From contig NW_021834297.1 in NCBI RefSeq assembly GCF_006345805.1, positions 1-50,404 on the forward strand: 50,404 nucleotides of DNA, in the 5' to 3' direction. Both the position numbers and the translations under genes were made by a program. Of the stretch, positions 1 through 11,536 are shown in pieces. The notes beneath the pieces were generated by a model, which was not told where the DNA came from, made no database searches, and saw only the letters and a list, made by a program, of their open reading frames with translations. Source of the stretch: Octopus sinensis (taxonomy: Eukaryota). Position 1 is the first letter of the stretch; every line of letters begins with the position of its first letter.

Positions 1-53
1 ATATATAATATATCATACATATATATATATATATCATACATATTATATATATC

Positions 54-112
<59 letters not shown>

Positions 113-320
113 TATTACATACATCATACATATATAGATAGACAGGCAGATAGATATAGACCAACAGACAGACAAAATATAGATAGAGAGACATAGACAC
201 AAACATAGATAGACAGACAGGCATACAGACATACATATAGACCGACAGACAAACATATAGATAGACTGACAGACAAAGATAGTCTGATGGAGAATCAGAC
301 AGAGAGAGAAAGAGAGATAA
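1..320. repeat. (AT)n followed by compound (ATAG/ACAG)n microsatellite
   Basis: Directly visible simple repeats. Confidence 0.95.
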
Positions 321-434
321 CAGAGTTAGGCTGTCAGACAGATAGATATACTGGTACATAAAGGTCTTCTTTCTATAGAGTATGCATACAGTATACTTTC
401 GATTTGTAATTCACATCCTGGTGCAGGGGTGTCC

Positions 435-447
435 TCAATCGCTTGAG
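435..447 (-). CDS. Probable terminal coding exon of paralog A (adds SSSD-stop)
   Basis: The ORF stop at 741 lies inside a strong donor, AG|GTAAGT (exon end 745). A strong pyrimidine-rich acceptor (ttctttcttcgttctctccattaacag) precedes 447. The phase-2 join gives AGC TCA AGC GAT TGA. Confidence 0.5.
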
Positions 448-3400
448 CTGTTAATGGAGAGAACGAAGAAAGAATATTAAACATACTGCAGTTACATATG
501 CTAAGCAATTTTCAAACATAAACTGTTATTCACAAAACGAATTCCTTAGTTGGTATATGTGAATGTTATTATGATGCCTTTTAATTTGGCTTATTCTTTA
601 TTATAATTAGACAGTATTATGAATGCGCAAGTCACTCATGTAAATGAGTATCGAAGCTATATTGAATACAGGTCCCACAAGGAATATACTACTATCAATT
701 TCATTAGTTAACCCCAAACATGTTTAGACTGAAATTTTACTTACCTTTCCTGCGAACTATCACTGCCCAGGTCTTCCGAAGTAGAGGAAGCTGACGACTC
801 TTCCTTGTAATAAACACATTCTTCATCATTACTGTATTCCTCTCCACCGAGAGATGATAAGTCTTCATATTCATCAGGAGTAATAATTTCATCAGCTCTG
901 TCTATTATACTTTTTATAGCGTTAACATAATGTGTTGAATTTTCTCCCAAAAGTACGTAATGAAATATATCACGAACAATATTTTCTCCATCATCAAAAT
1001 CATTATTTTCTTGAACAGTAGGCTCCTGCTGATGTGTATGTATATTAAGGAATGCTTCATTATCAACCATACATGAATCATTGTTCTTGTTATTCTCCTT
1101 CGATGGATTTTGTAACAGATCTACGCCAGGCCACGGGTTACAAGAACTTAGACACTCATTATCAATTGCTCTATTCTCTACGCAATAATATCCATTTGGA
1201 ATCGAATCTGAAGTATCTATTCTGTATTTTGCAGTCTTATGTTCCAGCAAATTTCCATTATTTTCAGGGTCTGAGAATGATCTTCTATATGGGGTCGAAA
1301 TACGAGGTCCCTCATGAATAACAAACGAATTCGGGTCAACCGCTCCATTTTCAGCAGAAGAGGGTGCCTGAAGTGCTGATGCAGCAAATGTGTTATTCGA
1401 AATCTTAACATCAACAGAGTTTTCACTATTTTCTGCATCAGTTGGTCTTCGGAGTAAAGTTACAGTTCTTGGGATTCCATTCGCTTCGATGCACACACCA
1501 TAATTCCCATTGCATACTGATGAAGACTTCGCAGCTAGCGACCGAGATGTCTCATTTTTGCCTGTATTCAATTCATTCCTAAACGCTCCTTCTTCCTCGG
1601 GATAATGTGATCTTCGGAAAAGTTTTACCCGATGCGACGTTTTTGTTACCTTTCTTCCATTCTTTCCTAACGATGATAATGTTTCATCAACCAGACTCTC
1701 GGATGAGAGAATCATTGCTCTCTTGGACGATGCATCATCAAAATTCGACGCCAATGATTTACCATTTTTTGACATTTTACCATGCAGTCTGACGTTGTTT
1801 AATGTTAATTTCTCGTTTTTCCCATTGTTAAAACATAATGCAGACTCTTTCACAAAGCTGGAAATAAGGTTTCCCTCTCTGCCAGCATTATCACAATTGT
1901 TATACATCCCTATATAAAACATGGCCGGCTGATCATTGTAATTTGATGGTTCCCTGAATTGCAGAGCATTAGAAAATTCCACCAATCTTTCTTGCGTAAA
2001 TCCCTGATCACGTTCTAATCGCCAGATATCTCTTTCCACTCGACTGTGAGCATAAGTACAACGGCTGTTGTTACAGAAAGCAGCTGAATCACAAATTAAG
2101 TAAAATGCGTCCTTTCTTACAGTGAAGGGCTTCCTAATTTTAAATATTCCTAATCGGGTGAAGCATTGTAATATTTTCGATCCTTCCCAATAATGTGCAA
2201 CGGAACCAGCGCAATGATAAGGATTGTCCGAACTTTCTTTACAGGTTTCTCCTCTCTCTGAACAGGTTTTACAAATAAATTCATACATCTGTCCATAAGT
2301 AGAAATAATATAATTGATGTCACACCTAGTTTTCTGTTGATATTCGATAAAATATTGAACGTTGAATTTTCCTTTGATTTCTTGCCGCCAAAGTTTAATC
2401 TCGAGTGGATTGTGTGCAAATATGCATCTTGCTTCGTTTTCGTGATATGAACCCGGCTCATCGTAGCATATATTTCTACAAGGCTCTGGAATTTTAGTAG
2501 TACCATTTTGGTTTGTATATTCACGCACACGATTCCAATATGGGGTACCTTTCTCAACAAATGCAAGAATATTGCGTTGGCATCGGTGACACTGGAAAGT
2601 CTTATTTGCATGTATGGGAAAACAATCTTTACAAAATAAAGCGTATTCATGCGTATCCTTCAATGGGTGATATTTTAGGTTCAATGGACGATTTTGGTAG
2701 GCATATTTCTTCCCATTACTTGAATTGGTACTTCTACCATTACTAAAATATTGTTGGGAGTAATAGATGTTCGATGCTATTGAAAAATCGAAAGAGGTTT
2801 TTGGTAAGAATAGCTAAAATCATACGATATTTTATTATTATTCAAAATTAATAATATTTATCATAACAACAACAATAATAATAATTCCTTTAAATATAGG
2901 CACAAAGATTAATAATTGGGGTGGGGGTATAGTCAATTACATCGACCCCAGTACGAAACTGGTACTTATCTTATCGACATCAAAAGGAGAAAATGCAAAC
3001 ACGACCTTGGCCGAATTTGAACTCAGAACGTTGCGACGAGTGAAATAACACTAATCAATTCTCATAGCGTGCCAAAAAATACTACCAAGAAGAAGAAGAA
3101 GAAGAAGAAGAAGTGATGGAAGAGGAGGAGGAGGGGAGAGGAGGAGTAGAAGAAGAGATAAATATGCTTCACTTAACATTCACATTATTCGTCTATTATT
3201 TTATCCTCTGCACAAACACCAAATTCATTCAGGAAGATAGTAGCTAAATGGGTTTAAGTATTGATTGTAAAGAGTTCTAAGTTAATATGTTGAATTGTAA
3301 TATGACTGAAATACTACTCACCTTCGAAAACAGCATATTTTACACCTGCTTCTGGTAACTGTAATGGCATAAAATACATATTTTCAATGTAATATACGAA

Positions 3401-3707
3401 ATAGAAATTTTAATAAAATTTATATGAAAATGTGTTTGGCTATAACGAATAATATTTGAACTGGAAAATACAAAGTAAAACATGGGAACTTTTAAGTCAA
3501 GTTATTCATTTATTTCACATTAATTAATTACCCAAACGTAGACCCCCCCTTATTAACGTAGTTCATGTCTCTTCATCCCTTTGTGTGTATGTGTGTATAT
3601 TAGTATTCAATAAAACTTACCACTGACTGAAGCAGAGCCTGCTCATCAAAGTACAATTGATAGTATTGACAATCGTAGTGAAATCCTGTTGCTCCTTGAC
3701 TTTCCAT
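435..3707 (-). CDS. Paralog A: spliced gene for a ZC3H7-like tandem CCCH zinc-finger protein (~720 aa); model join(3707-3621, 3358-3322, 2776-745, 447-435)
   Basis: The 647-aa ORF has two modules of CxxC..C..H plus C..C..C-x3-H with the CxxAH(N/S)xxExxxW signature typical of ZC3H7A/B (RoXaN)-type fingers (RCIFAHNPLEIKLW; ICDSAAFCNNSRCTYAHSRVERDIW), followed by a low-complexity, acidic C-terminus. Upstream exons have GT-AG sites with compatible phases (0, then 1) and are homologous to the paralog B exons. Confidence 0.85.
745..2776 (-). CDS. Paralog A main coding exon
   Basis: Acceptor ttcgatttttcaatag, then CA completes a phase-1 codon. The frame is open for 30 codons (SNIYYSQ...) upstream of the TTG-started track ORF. 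The paralog B exon starts similarly (TNIDYSP). Confidence 0.85.
2935..3070 (-). mobile_element. tRNA-derived SINE relic, MetaSINE-like core (family 2)
   Basis: Degenerate match to the full copy at 17975-18190. Confidence 0.7.
3085..3155. repeat. (GAA)n/(GAG)n microsatellite
   Basis: Directly visible. Confidence 0.9.
3322..3358 (-). CDS. Paralog A 37-nt coding exon (LPEAGVKYAVFE+1 nt)
   Basis: Acceptor attacag and donor G|GTGAGT. Same length, phase and flanks as the paralog B exon at 34584-34620. Confidence 0.8.
3621..3707 (-). CDS. Paralog A first coding exon (MESQGATGFHYDCQYYQLYFDEQALLQSV); the exon starts at an acceptor at 3752
   Basis: 87 coding nt and donor GTG|GTAAGT. The 5' UTR TTTGAAGTTATTTCTCTAAAAG is identical to paralog B. 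Confidence 0.85.
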
Positions 3708-3945
3708 TTTTTTCTCTTCGCTGCTTTTAGAGAAATAACTTCAAATGCTTGTCTGAAATATAATATTTTAAAATCAAAGAATTTATGGTAGAATCCACTG
3801 ATATGTTAAAAGAATTTAGTGAAATTCTAATAAATACGTCTGGAGTTGTTGCAGCACATTTGGACAAATTCGCGATAGAATTTCAGTGACCGCAGATGAA
3901 TTTATCAAACAACATTTTATTTTCAGATATGTGAATTGCGTCCCT

Positions 3946-3952
3946 TGACTCA
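3946..3952. promoter_or_regulatory. AP-1-type site TGA(C/G)TCA in intron 1 of paralog A
   Basis: Exact consensus match; a site at the equivalent position is present in paralog B (33956-33962). Confidence 0.4.
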
Positions 3953-4234
3953 TTTCATCTTCCCTTAAGTACATCAACACCAGGTGTTGACAATTTTTTT
4001 ATCAGAAAGAGAGGGATACATACACGATACAAACAGCCGATGAAATTTAAAATTACACAGATTTCTTTCATAAGGGAAAGATGAGGACACATATGCGTCA
4101 ATTTGAGGGAGATGCACTTAATTTGCTTGATTGAGGGGTGAATGTATATGCAAAAATATATAGATAAATAAATCAATAAATAAGTAGAGATATTTCTTTT
4201 AAAATATTACTCAAAACGTGTCCCCTCTATGTGT

Positions 4235-4395
4235 AGCCCCACAAGGGGATACACATAGAGGGGACAAACAAGGACAGACAAAGTGATTTAGCCGATTAGA
4301 TCAACCCCAGTGCGTAACTGGTACCTTATTTATCGACCCCGAAAGGATGAAAGGCAAAGTCGACCTCGGCGGAATTTGAACTCAGAAGGTAAAAG
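4235..4395 (-). mobile_element. SINE family 2 (MetaSINE-like), partial
   Basis: Reverse complement of GTCGACTTTGCCTTTCATCCTTTCGGGGTCGATAAA core and tail. Confidence 0.8.
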
Positions 4396-4452
4396 CAAAA
4401 GAAATAGAGATCGCAAGGATATATCAGGACATTGTAGGAAATGCTTTGTAAT

Positions 4453-4612
4453 GCGTGCACCGGGACCACTGTTCGCTAGTAGTACCAAAAAACATCTATT
4501 AATTTGCAAGCGCGCACGCGCGCCATGTAGTCGTTGTAGTATCGACTAGTCACCCCTATCTAGCGCAGATGCGCGAGTACGCGCACCGGGACCAATCTTC
4601 TCAAATAGTACC
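4453..4612. mobile_element. Two orphan TIR ends of the GGTACTAC MITE family
   Basis: gcaccgggaccactgttcgctagtagtacc (ends 4486) and a diverged second end (ends about 4612). Confidence 0.7.
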
Positions 4613-4830
4613 GAATTCATGAAGGTACTTATCAAGGAAAAACTTCAATAATAACATAATCGTATTCTAGACAGATATGCACACACGGTACTACTAGCGA
4701 ACAGTGGTCCCGATGCGCGCACTCACGCATCTGCACTAGCTAGTCGTAAGTAGTCGATCCTACGACTTGTAGGATCAACGAATTAAATATTTTTCGAACC
4801 AAGTAACTCATTTTTTAAAACAATGTATAT

Positions 4831-5017
4831 AGGCGCAGGAGTGGCTGTGTGGTAAGTAGCTTGCTAACTAACCACATGGTTCCGGGTTCAGTCCCACTGC
4901 CTGGCATCTTGGGCAAGTGTCTTCTGCTATAGCCCCGGGCCGACCAATGCCTTGTGAGTGGATTTGGTAGACGGAAACTGAAAGAAGCCTGTCGTATATA
5001 TGTATATATATATATAT

Positions 5018-5058
<41 letters not shown>

Positions 5059-5243
5059 TGTGTCTGTGTTTGTCCCCCCACCATCGCTTGACAACCGATG
5101 CTGGTGTGTTTACGTCCCCGTCACTTAGCGGTTCGACAAAAGAGAGCGATAGAATAAGATTAAGTCCCGGGGTCGATTTGCTCAACTAAAGGCGGTGCCC
5201 CAGCATGGCCGCAGTCAAATGACTGAAGCAAGTAAAAGAGTAA
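4831..5243 (+). mobile_element. Full-length tRNA-derived SINE (family 1)
   Basis: A-box-like TGGCTGTGTGG, B-box-like GGTTCAGTCCC, central AT/GT microsatellite and conserved tail GCAGTCAAATGACTGAA..AGTAAAAGAG; many copies in the window. Confidence 0.9.
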
Positions 5244-5418
5244 TATAATTTTTTTACACAAATTAAATATTTTTCGAACAAAGTAAATAATTTTTTAAAC
5301 TAAGTAATTAAAATTATTTTATAAACAAACTAAGGTTAGGGTTAGGGTTAAAATTTTTTTTAAAAACCATTTACTTTGCGTTTTATTTACTTTATTCGAA
5401 AAATACAAAAAAAACATT

Positions 5419-5628
5419 GGTACAACTACCGAACAGTGTCCCCGGGGCGCTCACGCGCGTACTCGCGCATCCGCACTAGCTAGTCATGACTAGTCGAACC
5501 TTACTTTGTGTTTTTGTGTTATTTACTTTGCTAGGTAGTCGTTGTAGAGTCGACTAGTCACGACTAGCCAGCGCGGATGCGCGACTACGCGTGTGCGCGC
5601 ACCGGGACCACTGTTCGCTAGTAGTACC
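5419..5628. mobile_element. Nested short MITE of the same family
   Basis: Imperfect ~65-bp TIRs (ggtacaactaccgaacag.../...ctgttcgctagtagtacc) around an AT-rich core. Confidence 0.8.
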
Positions 5629-6977
5629 AACCCACTTTCTTTGATAGGTATTCAGCCTTAAAATACACAAATGCATGCGCGAATCTATTCATTTGCATAC
5701 GCGAAAGTCGTAGGATCGACTACTAACGACTAGCTGGCGCGAGTGCGCACCCCGGGACCACTGTTCGCTAGTAGTACCCACGCAAATATATTTACATATG
5801 TGTATGGCATTCCTTCGATATGGCTCCATAAAACCAAGACTTTTCACTTAGGCTGTTTCTATGAAAAGCTGAAAAGCACGTGGTCGACTGTCAGAAAATG
5901 GGAGGAGGAGAAAAGAGCTAAAGGGTTGTACATGCGTGCGTGCTTGCTCCTCTGTGTGTGTGTGTGCATGTTCCTCTGTCTGTGTGTACGTGCTTGTTCT
6001 TTGTGTGTGTATGTGTGTTTGCGTGCTTGTTCTTGTCTGTGTGTGCGTGCTTGCTTGTTCTGTTAAACACGTACACACAGAGGAAGAAACACACACATGA
6101 ACAAACAAGCTTTCTTCTCCTCCTCCCATTTCATTACAGGTAGCAACATGTGTTTCACGGAAACGGCCGAAGTTAAATGTTTTGATTTCACGGAAACAAC
6201 CGAAGTGAAGTATAATCAAAAGTGAAATGTTTTGATGTTGAATTATATCGAAGGAAAGCCATACATATATATATATATATATATTCTTTAATACATACTG
6301 TTCCTGTCATGGACGTCTGGGAATAAAGTAGAAAAGTACTATCAGCAATTCTACAATAGGGACGTCAAACGAAGCGATGAGTTTCAATATGTATTTAAAA
6401 ATTATTTAACACAGACCCAAGTAAAATCTAAAGAGAATTTACTCCAAATTTAAAGTCGATGTTTACGGTGATCTATTTCAAACTATCTGTTCATAGTGTT
6501 GTTGTGCTACGTATATATGCTTCATCTGAGATAAATCGATATGTAGTCGAAGATGATAATCCGTTTTTATTTTTATATCAGTACACAAAGCATATAAAGA
6601 AAGTTTATGAATGCTGAAACCACTCACTGGTAGAAAAATAAATTTTAAAATCGACTTACACAAATATGGGTGTATAATTTTAGCATATATACTACGCATA
6701 TGCAACATGCTTTTCCTAAATTTATTTAAGATCATATTTCTGGCGTGAACGTGCGCTTGAATTAGATATTTGTAAATACGAGTTACCTATGTAAAGTTGG
6801 CTCGCAATTTTACAGAATTTAGTGCGCTTTTTATCAGTCAGATTTCGCATATAAATACACAATTACATCATATGTGGAGAGAAACAAAGAGCCTTCACCA
6901 GAAAATGATGTATTTAGATATGTTCATACACAAATTCATATATGATTTTATACATGCATGCAGGATATTCCACTGAG

Positions 6978-7295
6978 GGTACTACTAGCGAACAGGGGAC
7001 CCGGTGCGCGCAAACGTGCTGTCGCGCATCCGCGCTAGCTAGTCGTGACTAGTCGATCCTACAACGACTACCTAGCAAAGTAAATAAAACACAAAATAAA
7101 TAATTTTTTTGCACAAAGTAAATAATTTTTGTCAAACAAAGTAAATAAAACACAAAAACAGAAAGTAAATAATTTTTTAAACAATGTAAATAACACACAA
7201 AAATACAAAGTTAGGATCGACTAGTTATGACTAGCTAGCGCGGATGCGCGACTGCGTGTGTGCGCGCACCGGGACCACTGTTCGCTAGTAGTACT
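6978..7295. mobile_element. Intact Mutator (MULE)-type MITE with 9-bp target-site duplication
   Basis: ~80-bp TIRs beginning GGTACTACTAGCGAACAG; TCCACTGAG at 6969-6977 and again at 7296-7304. Long G-starting TIRs with a 9-bp TSD are typical of MULEs. Confidence 0.85.
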
Positions 7296-7549
7296 TCCAC
7301 TGAGAATATTTTGTCTTTGTTTTAGAAGTGTGTACGTGATCGTGTGGTGGCGTGTGCATATCTGTATAACTGTGTGTTTATGTGACTCCATGAGACTATT
7401 TCAGAAATATTCAAGGTAGAAATGCGTAAGGAATTGAAAATCTTGCTAGAAATGAGAGCTAAAGATACGCTAATGTATACTATAAACTATTAAATTAATA
7501 CTGTCACGAAACATCACATGATCCAGCTTATATTCTTTTCTTCACTAGG

Positions 7550-7670
7550 CACAAGGCCCGGAATTTTTGGGGGGAGGAGCCAGTCGATTAGATTGAACCC
7601 AGTACGCAACTGGTACTTAATTTATCTACCCCGAAATGATGAAAGGCAAGTCGACCTCGGTGGAATTTGG
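7550..7670 (-). mobile_element. SINE family 2 fragment
   Basis: Degenerate core match. Confidence 0.7.
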
Positions 7671-7831
7671 TTATGATCCTGCTTATATTAACACTAATTA
7701 AAACGACTGCGTGTTGAAATTTGGGAATAATATGAACAAAATTTACATGGGTCTAAAACACAACGTTTGACTATAATAATACTATTAAAAAAATTCAAGC
7801 ATCTAGAACAGAAGGAAAACATTGCACTTAC

Positions 7832-8055
7832 AGAAACAGTGGAATACTCGGATACCTCTATATCTCTATAGAAGGAATGAAGTTTGTGTGCCGCAAGGGT
7901 AAACTCTCTCCCACGCTGACTGACAACTAGTGAATGTGTAAACGTTACCTGTGGTCAGATAACGACAAAGATGCTTGCATTAGTCACTAAGTAAAAAGGA
8001 GTTCCCTATTGGCTGATTGTTCAGTGAAGGGTACGACTGAACAACGGGCGTGGTG
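7832..8055 (-). promoter_or_regulatory. Putative promoter and non-coding exon 1 of paralog A (TSS about 7928-7931, donor GTAAGT at 7831)
   Basis: On the - strand: GC box (8046-8053), AGCCAATAG (8008-8012, about -80), GGGAACTCC kB-like site (7998-8006), Inr-like TCACTAGTTGTCAGTCAGC, and CCACTGTTTCT|GTAAGTGCAAT. Homologous to the repeated unit upstream of paralog B. Confidence 0.65.
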
Positions 8056-8384
8056 ATTGTGGTGGTGGTGGGGGTATCAAATTTCAGATACTATAGAAAA
8101 AACTTTTAGGGGACGGAATTTTAATCAGAAATTCATATTTAAATATTTTCATTATATTCATGTATTTTTCAAATATTATTCGTTAAAAATTTTGAAACTA
8201 AATAGCAAAAACCGTTATTTAAGATTTAACAGTTCACACTTTTATTTACTTTATAATTTCCAAAATATATTCTAAACATATTCTTAAATTCGTATACCGT
8301 TTTTCAGTCATTTCACCGCGACCATGCTGTAACGCAGCATTTAAGGGTTTCAAAAAAATTAATAAATGCGCCCTTTTAAAGCTT

Positions 8385-8615
8385 ATAGAGGGTCATGGGC
8401 CCGGTTTCCCGGTTTTTATGGCGTATGTGTTCCTCAGCTGGATGGGACGCCAGTCCATCGCAGCGTTACTAATTTTTGCCAGCTGAGTGGACTGGAGCAA
8501 TGTGAAATGAAGTGTTTTGCTCAAGAACACAACGCATCGCCCGGTCCAGGAATCGAATCCATAATCTTACGATCATGATGCTGACACCCTAACCAGTAAG
8601 CCACTCGCCTCCACA
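8385..8615 (-). mobile_element. tRNA-derived SINE family 3 (CORE-like central domain)
   Basis: tRNA-like head TGGCTTACTGGTTAGGG...GATTCGATTCC, then GTGTTCTTGAGCAAAACACTTCATTTCAC; near-identical copy at 10275-10525. Confidence 0.8.
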
Positions 8616-8689
8616 TATTTACGGGTTTTAGTGAAACAAATAGATACCGAGAATTATATTTTAAAACATATTACCTATTCTATAGAATT

Positions 8690-8756
8690 CTTTTTTGACG
8701 AACCTCTAAGTTACGGGGACGTAAACACAAAGACACATATATATATACATATACAT

Positions 8757-8806
<50 letters not shown>

Positions 8807-9409
8807 TTCTCTTTTTTTTCTTTTTACTTGTTTCAGTCATTTGACTGCGGCCATGCTGGAGCACCGCCTTTAATCGAGCACCTCGACCCCGGGACTTAAT
8901 CTTTTGTAAGCCCAGTACTTATATTATCGGTCTCTTTTTGCCTAATCGCTAAGTAACGGGGACACAAACACACCAGCATCGGTTGTCAAGGAATGCTAGG
9001 GGGACAAACACAGACACACAAACACACACACGCATATATATATATACATATATACGACGGGCTTCATTCAGTTTCCGTCTACCAAATCCACTCACAAGGC
9101 TTTGGTCGGCCCGAGGCTATAGTAGAAGACACTTCCCCAAGGTGTCACGCAGTGGGACTGAACCCGGAACCATGTGGTTGGTAAACAAGCTACTTACCAC
9201 ACAGCCACTCGTTTGACTGCGGCCATGCTGGAGCACCGCCTTTAGTCGAGCAAACTCGACCCCGGGACATATTCTTTGTAAGCACATTACTTAATCTATC
9301 GGTCTCTTTTACCGAACCGCTAGGTGACGGGGACGTAAACACACCAGCATCGGTTGTCAAGCAATGCTAGAGGGACAAACACAGACAGACAAACACATAC
9401 ACACACACT

Positions 9410-9443
<34 letters not shown>

Positions 9444-9830
9444 TACGACAGGCTTCTTTCAGTTTCTGTCTACCAAATCCACTCACAAGGCATTGGTCGG
9501 CCTGGGGCTATGGCAGAAGACACTTGCCCAAGATGCCAGGCAGTGGGACTGAACCCGGAACCATGTGGTTGGTTAGCAAGCTACTTACCACACAGCCACC
9601 CCTGCGCCTATACATATATATATATATATTCTTTCATTTGTTTGAGGCATTTGACTTCGGCCATGCTGGAGCACCACCTTCGACCCCAAAACTTATTCCT
9701 TCTTAGCCTAGAAATTATTCTATCGGATTTCTTGCCGAACCGCTATGTGAGAGGACGTAAACACACCAGCATGGGTTTTCAAGCGATGTTGGGGGTACAA
9801 ACAGAGGTACACAAATATATACACACACAA
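8690..9830 (-). mobile_element. Head-to-tail run of family-1 SINEs (two full, two partial)
   Basis: Full copies at about 8825-9210 and 9211-9610; partial copies at 8690-8800 and 9630-9830. Confidence 0.9.
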
Positions 9831-9949
9831 ATATATATATATATATATCACCGTGACAGAGTCACGACTATTGAAAAGGTTGCAAGACGCAACGAAAAGT
9901 TTAGGAAAATAAAAATAAGAAATAAGTGGAAATTTTAGCGGTGAGTGTG

Positions 9950-10270
9950 TTACATTATCACCATGATCACCGTGGCCGACCAGGCTATCAGATATTGCTA
10001 CACACCGCTGGTCACAATGCGCTTCGCATTGCTTTAACCTTCAAATGACGCCACCCTGCTAGCTAAGCGAGCTGGCCAACAGACGAAAGAGTGATAAAAA
10101 GTGTGGCGAAAGAGTACAACCGGAGTCGCTACCACATCCTGCCGGAGCGTCGTGGAGCTTAAGGTATTTTCGCTCAATAAACACAAACAACGCCCGGTCT
10201 GGGAATCGAAACCGCGATCCTCCGACCGCGAGTCCCCTGCCCTAACCACTGGGCCATTGCGCCTCCACAA
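9950..10270 (-). mobile_element. tRNA-derived SINE family 4
   Basis: Head TGGCCCAGTGGTTAGGGC...GGTTTCGATTCCC with a distinct body. Confidence 0.75.
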
Positions 10271-10274
10271 ATAT

Positions 10275-10525
10275 ATGCGCCCTTTTAAAGCCTAACCAGG
10301 CTCATGAGCCCGGTTTCCCGGTTTCAATGGCGTATGTGTTCCCCGGCTCGATGGGACGCCAGTCCAACACAACGTTACTCATTTTGCCATCCGAGTGGAC
10401 TGGAGCAACGTGAAATGAAGTGTTTTGCTCAAGAACAAAACGCGTCGCACGGTCCAGGAATCGAAACCACAATCTTACGACCATGATGCTGACACCCTAA
10501 CCAGTAAGCCATGAGCCTCCGCATA
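10275..10525 (-). mobile_element. SINE family 3 copy
   Basis: Matches 8385-8615. Confidence 0.8.
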
Positions 10526-10719
10526 TGTATGTATACAAGTATATATGCATATATGTGTGTGTGTGTACGTATGTATAATATGTACTAAAATATCTAGATA
10601 GGGTGTGGTTAATATACACATAATAAGGGACATGCATATCTATCTATCTATGTATTTCTCTACATGCGTGTATATGTATGTATATATGCATATATCTACG
10701 TATGTATATGTATGCATGC

Positions 10720-10870
10720 ATATGTGTAAGGTGTTAATAGAGCATTTAAATACACATAAAAAGCGTTAGATTCATTTCAGCATTTAAATTCAATTTGTGT
10801 CAAAACATTTTCGTCGGTTTGAAATCGTGACCTGTTCCCTGACAGAATTCACTACTGCATTGTTGGTTAG
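10720..10870. repeat. Interspersed repeat fragment (second copy at 19800-19960)
   Basis: Shared aaaa(a/c)cgttagattca(t/c)ttcagcat...cctgttc(c/a)ctgaca(g/a)aattc; class unresolved. Confidence 0.6.
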
Positions 10871-11094
10871 AGGGAAGACGCGATAAAAACATCGCACATC
10901 AAAACAAACAACTGATATAAGATACATACAACTACTACGTGCTTGACAATTGTCTTGTATGTTATCTAATTATATTTCATAATTATATGTACAGCAGAAT
11001 ATTTGATAAAGATCTTAATAAGTTGCTACTGAAATAATAAATATATACTCACAGTACCCTTTCCGAAAACACACAAGAGGCACACACAGGCGAG

Positions 11095-11155
11095 ATAACT
11101 CGCCTTGGATCCCATCGAAGTGATTCATTCTTAAACGGGATGGAAGGAGAGTTAT
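11095..11155 (-). ncRNA. Pre-miRNA-like hairpin, copy 1
   Basis: ATAACTCTCCTTCCATCCCGTT / 17-nt loop / GATGGGATCCAAGGCGAGTTAT; 19 of 22 positions pair, including 2 G.U pairs that exist only on this strand. Confidence 0.55.
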
Positions 11156-11472
11156 ATGGTTTGTCGATGAAGCCCAAGTGGTTTTACACCCGGTGATTTA
11201 AGTGACTACATCCCCGCCATGCTGGAGAAGGTGCATAAAGAAATATAGGCTGCATAGGTTTTACCTATAGGTGACTAATACTATTTAGATTTTAGAAGCG
11301 GGGTGGGGCGCGCGCGCGCGTGTGTGCGTCTGCGTGTAAGTACTTGCGAATATGTATAAATGTAAATATAAGTGGCCTGAACTCTTTACATGAACACCAC
11401 CCTGTACATAACTCCATGTCTCCCTACATGGCCTTGCTTTTTGCTTTTTGAGCCAAAAATTAACTAACTAAC

Positions 11473-11534
<62 letters not shown>

Positions 11535-11536
<2 letters not shown>

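Larger units (their letters stand above)
4687..5779. mobile_element. Long-TIR MITE (Mutator-like) containing an inserted SINE and a nested MITE
   Basis: Left TIR ggtactactagcgaacagtggtccc...agtagtcgatcctacgactt matches the right TIR at about 5705-5779, including subfamily-specific bases. Confidence 0.75.

Noticed and set aside
5333-5349. TTAGGG repeats as an interstitial telomere
   Set aside because: Only about 2.5 units, located inside a MITE.
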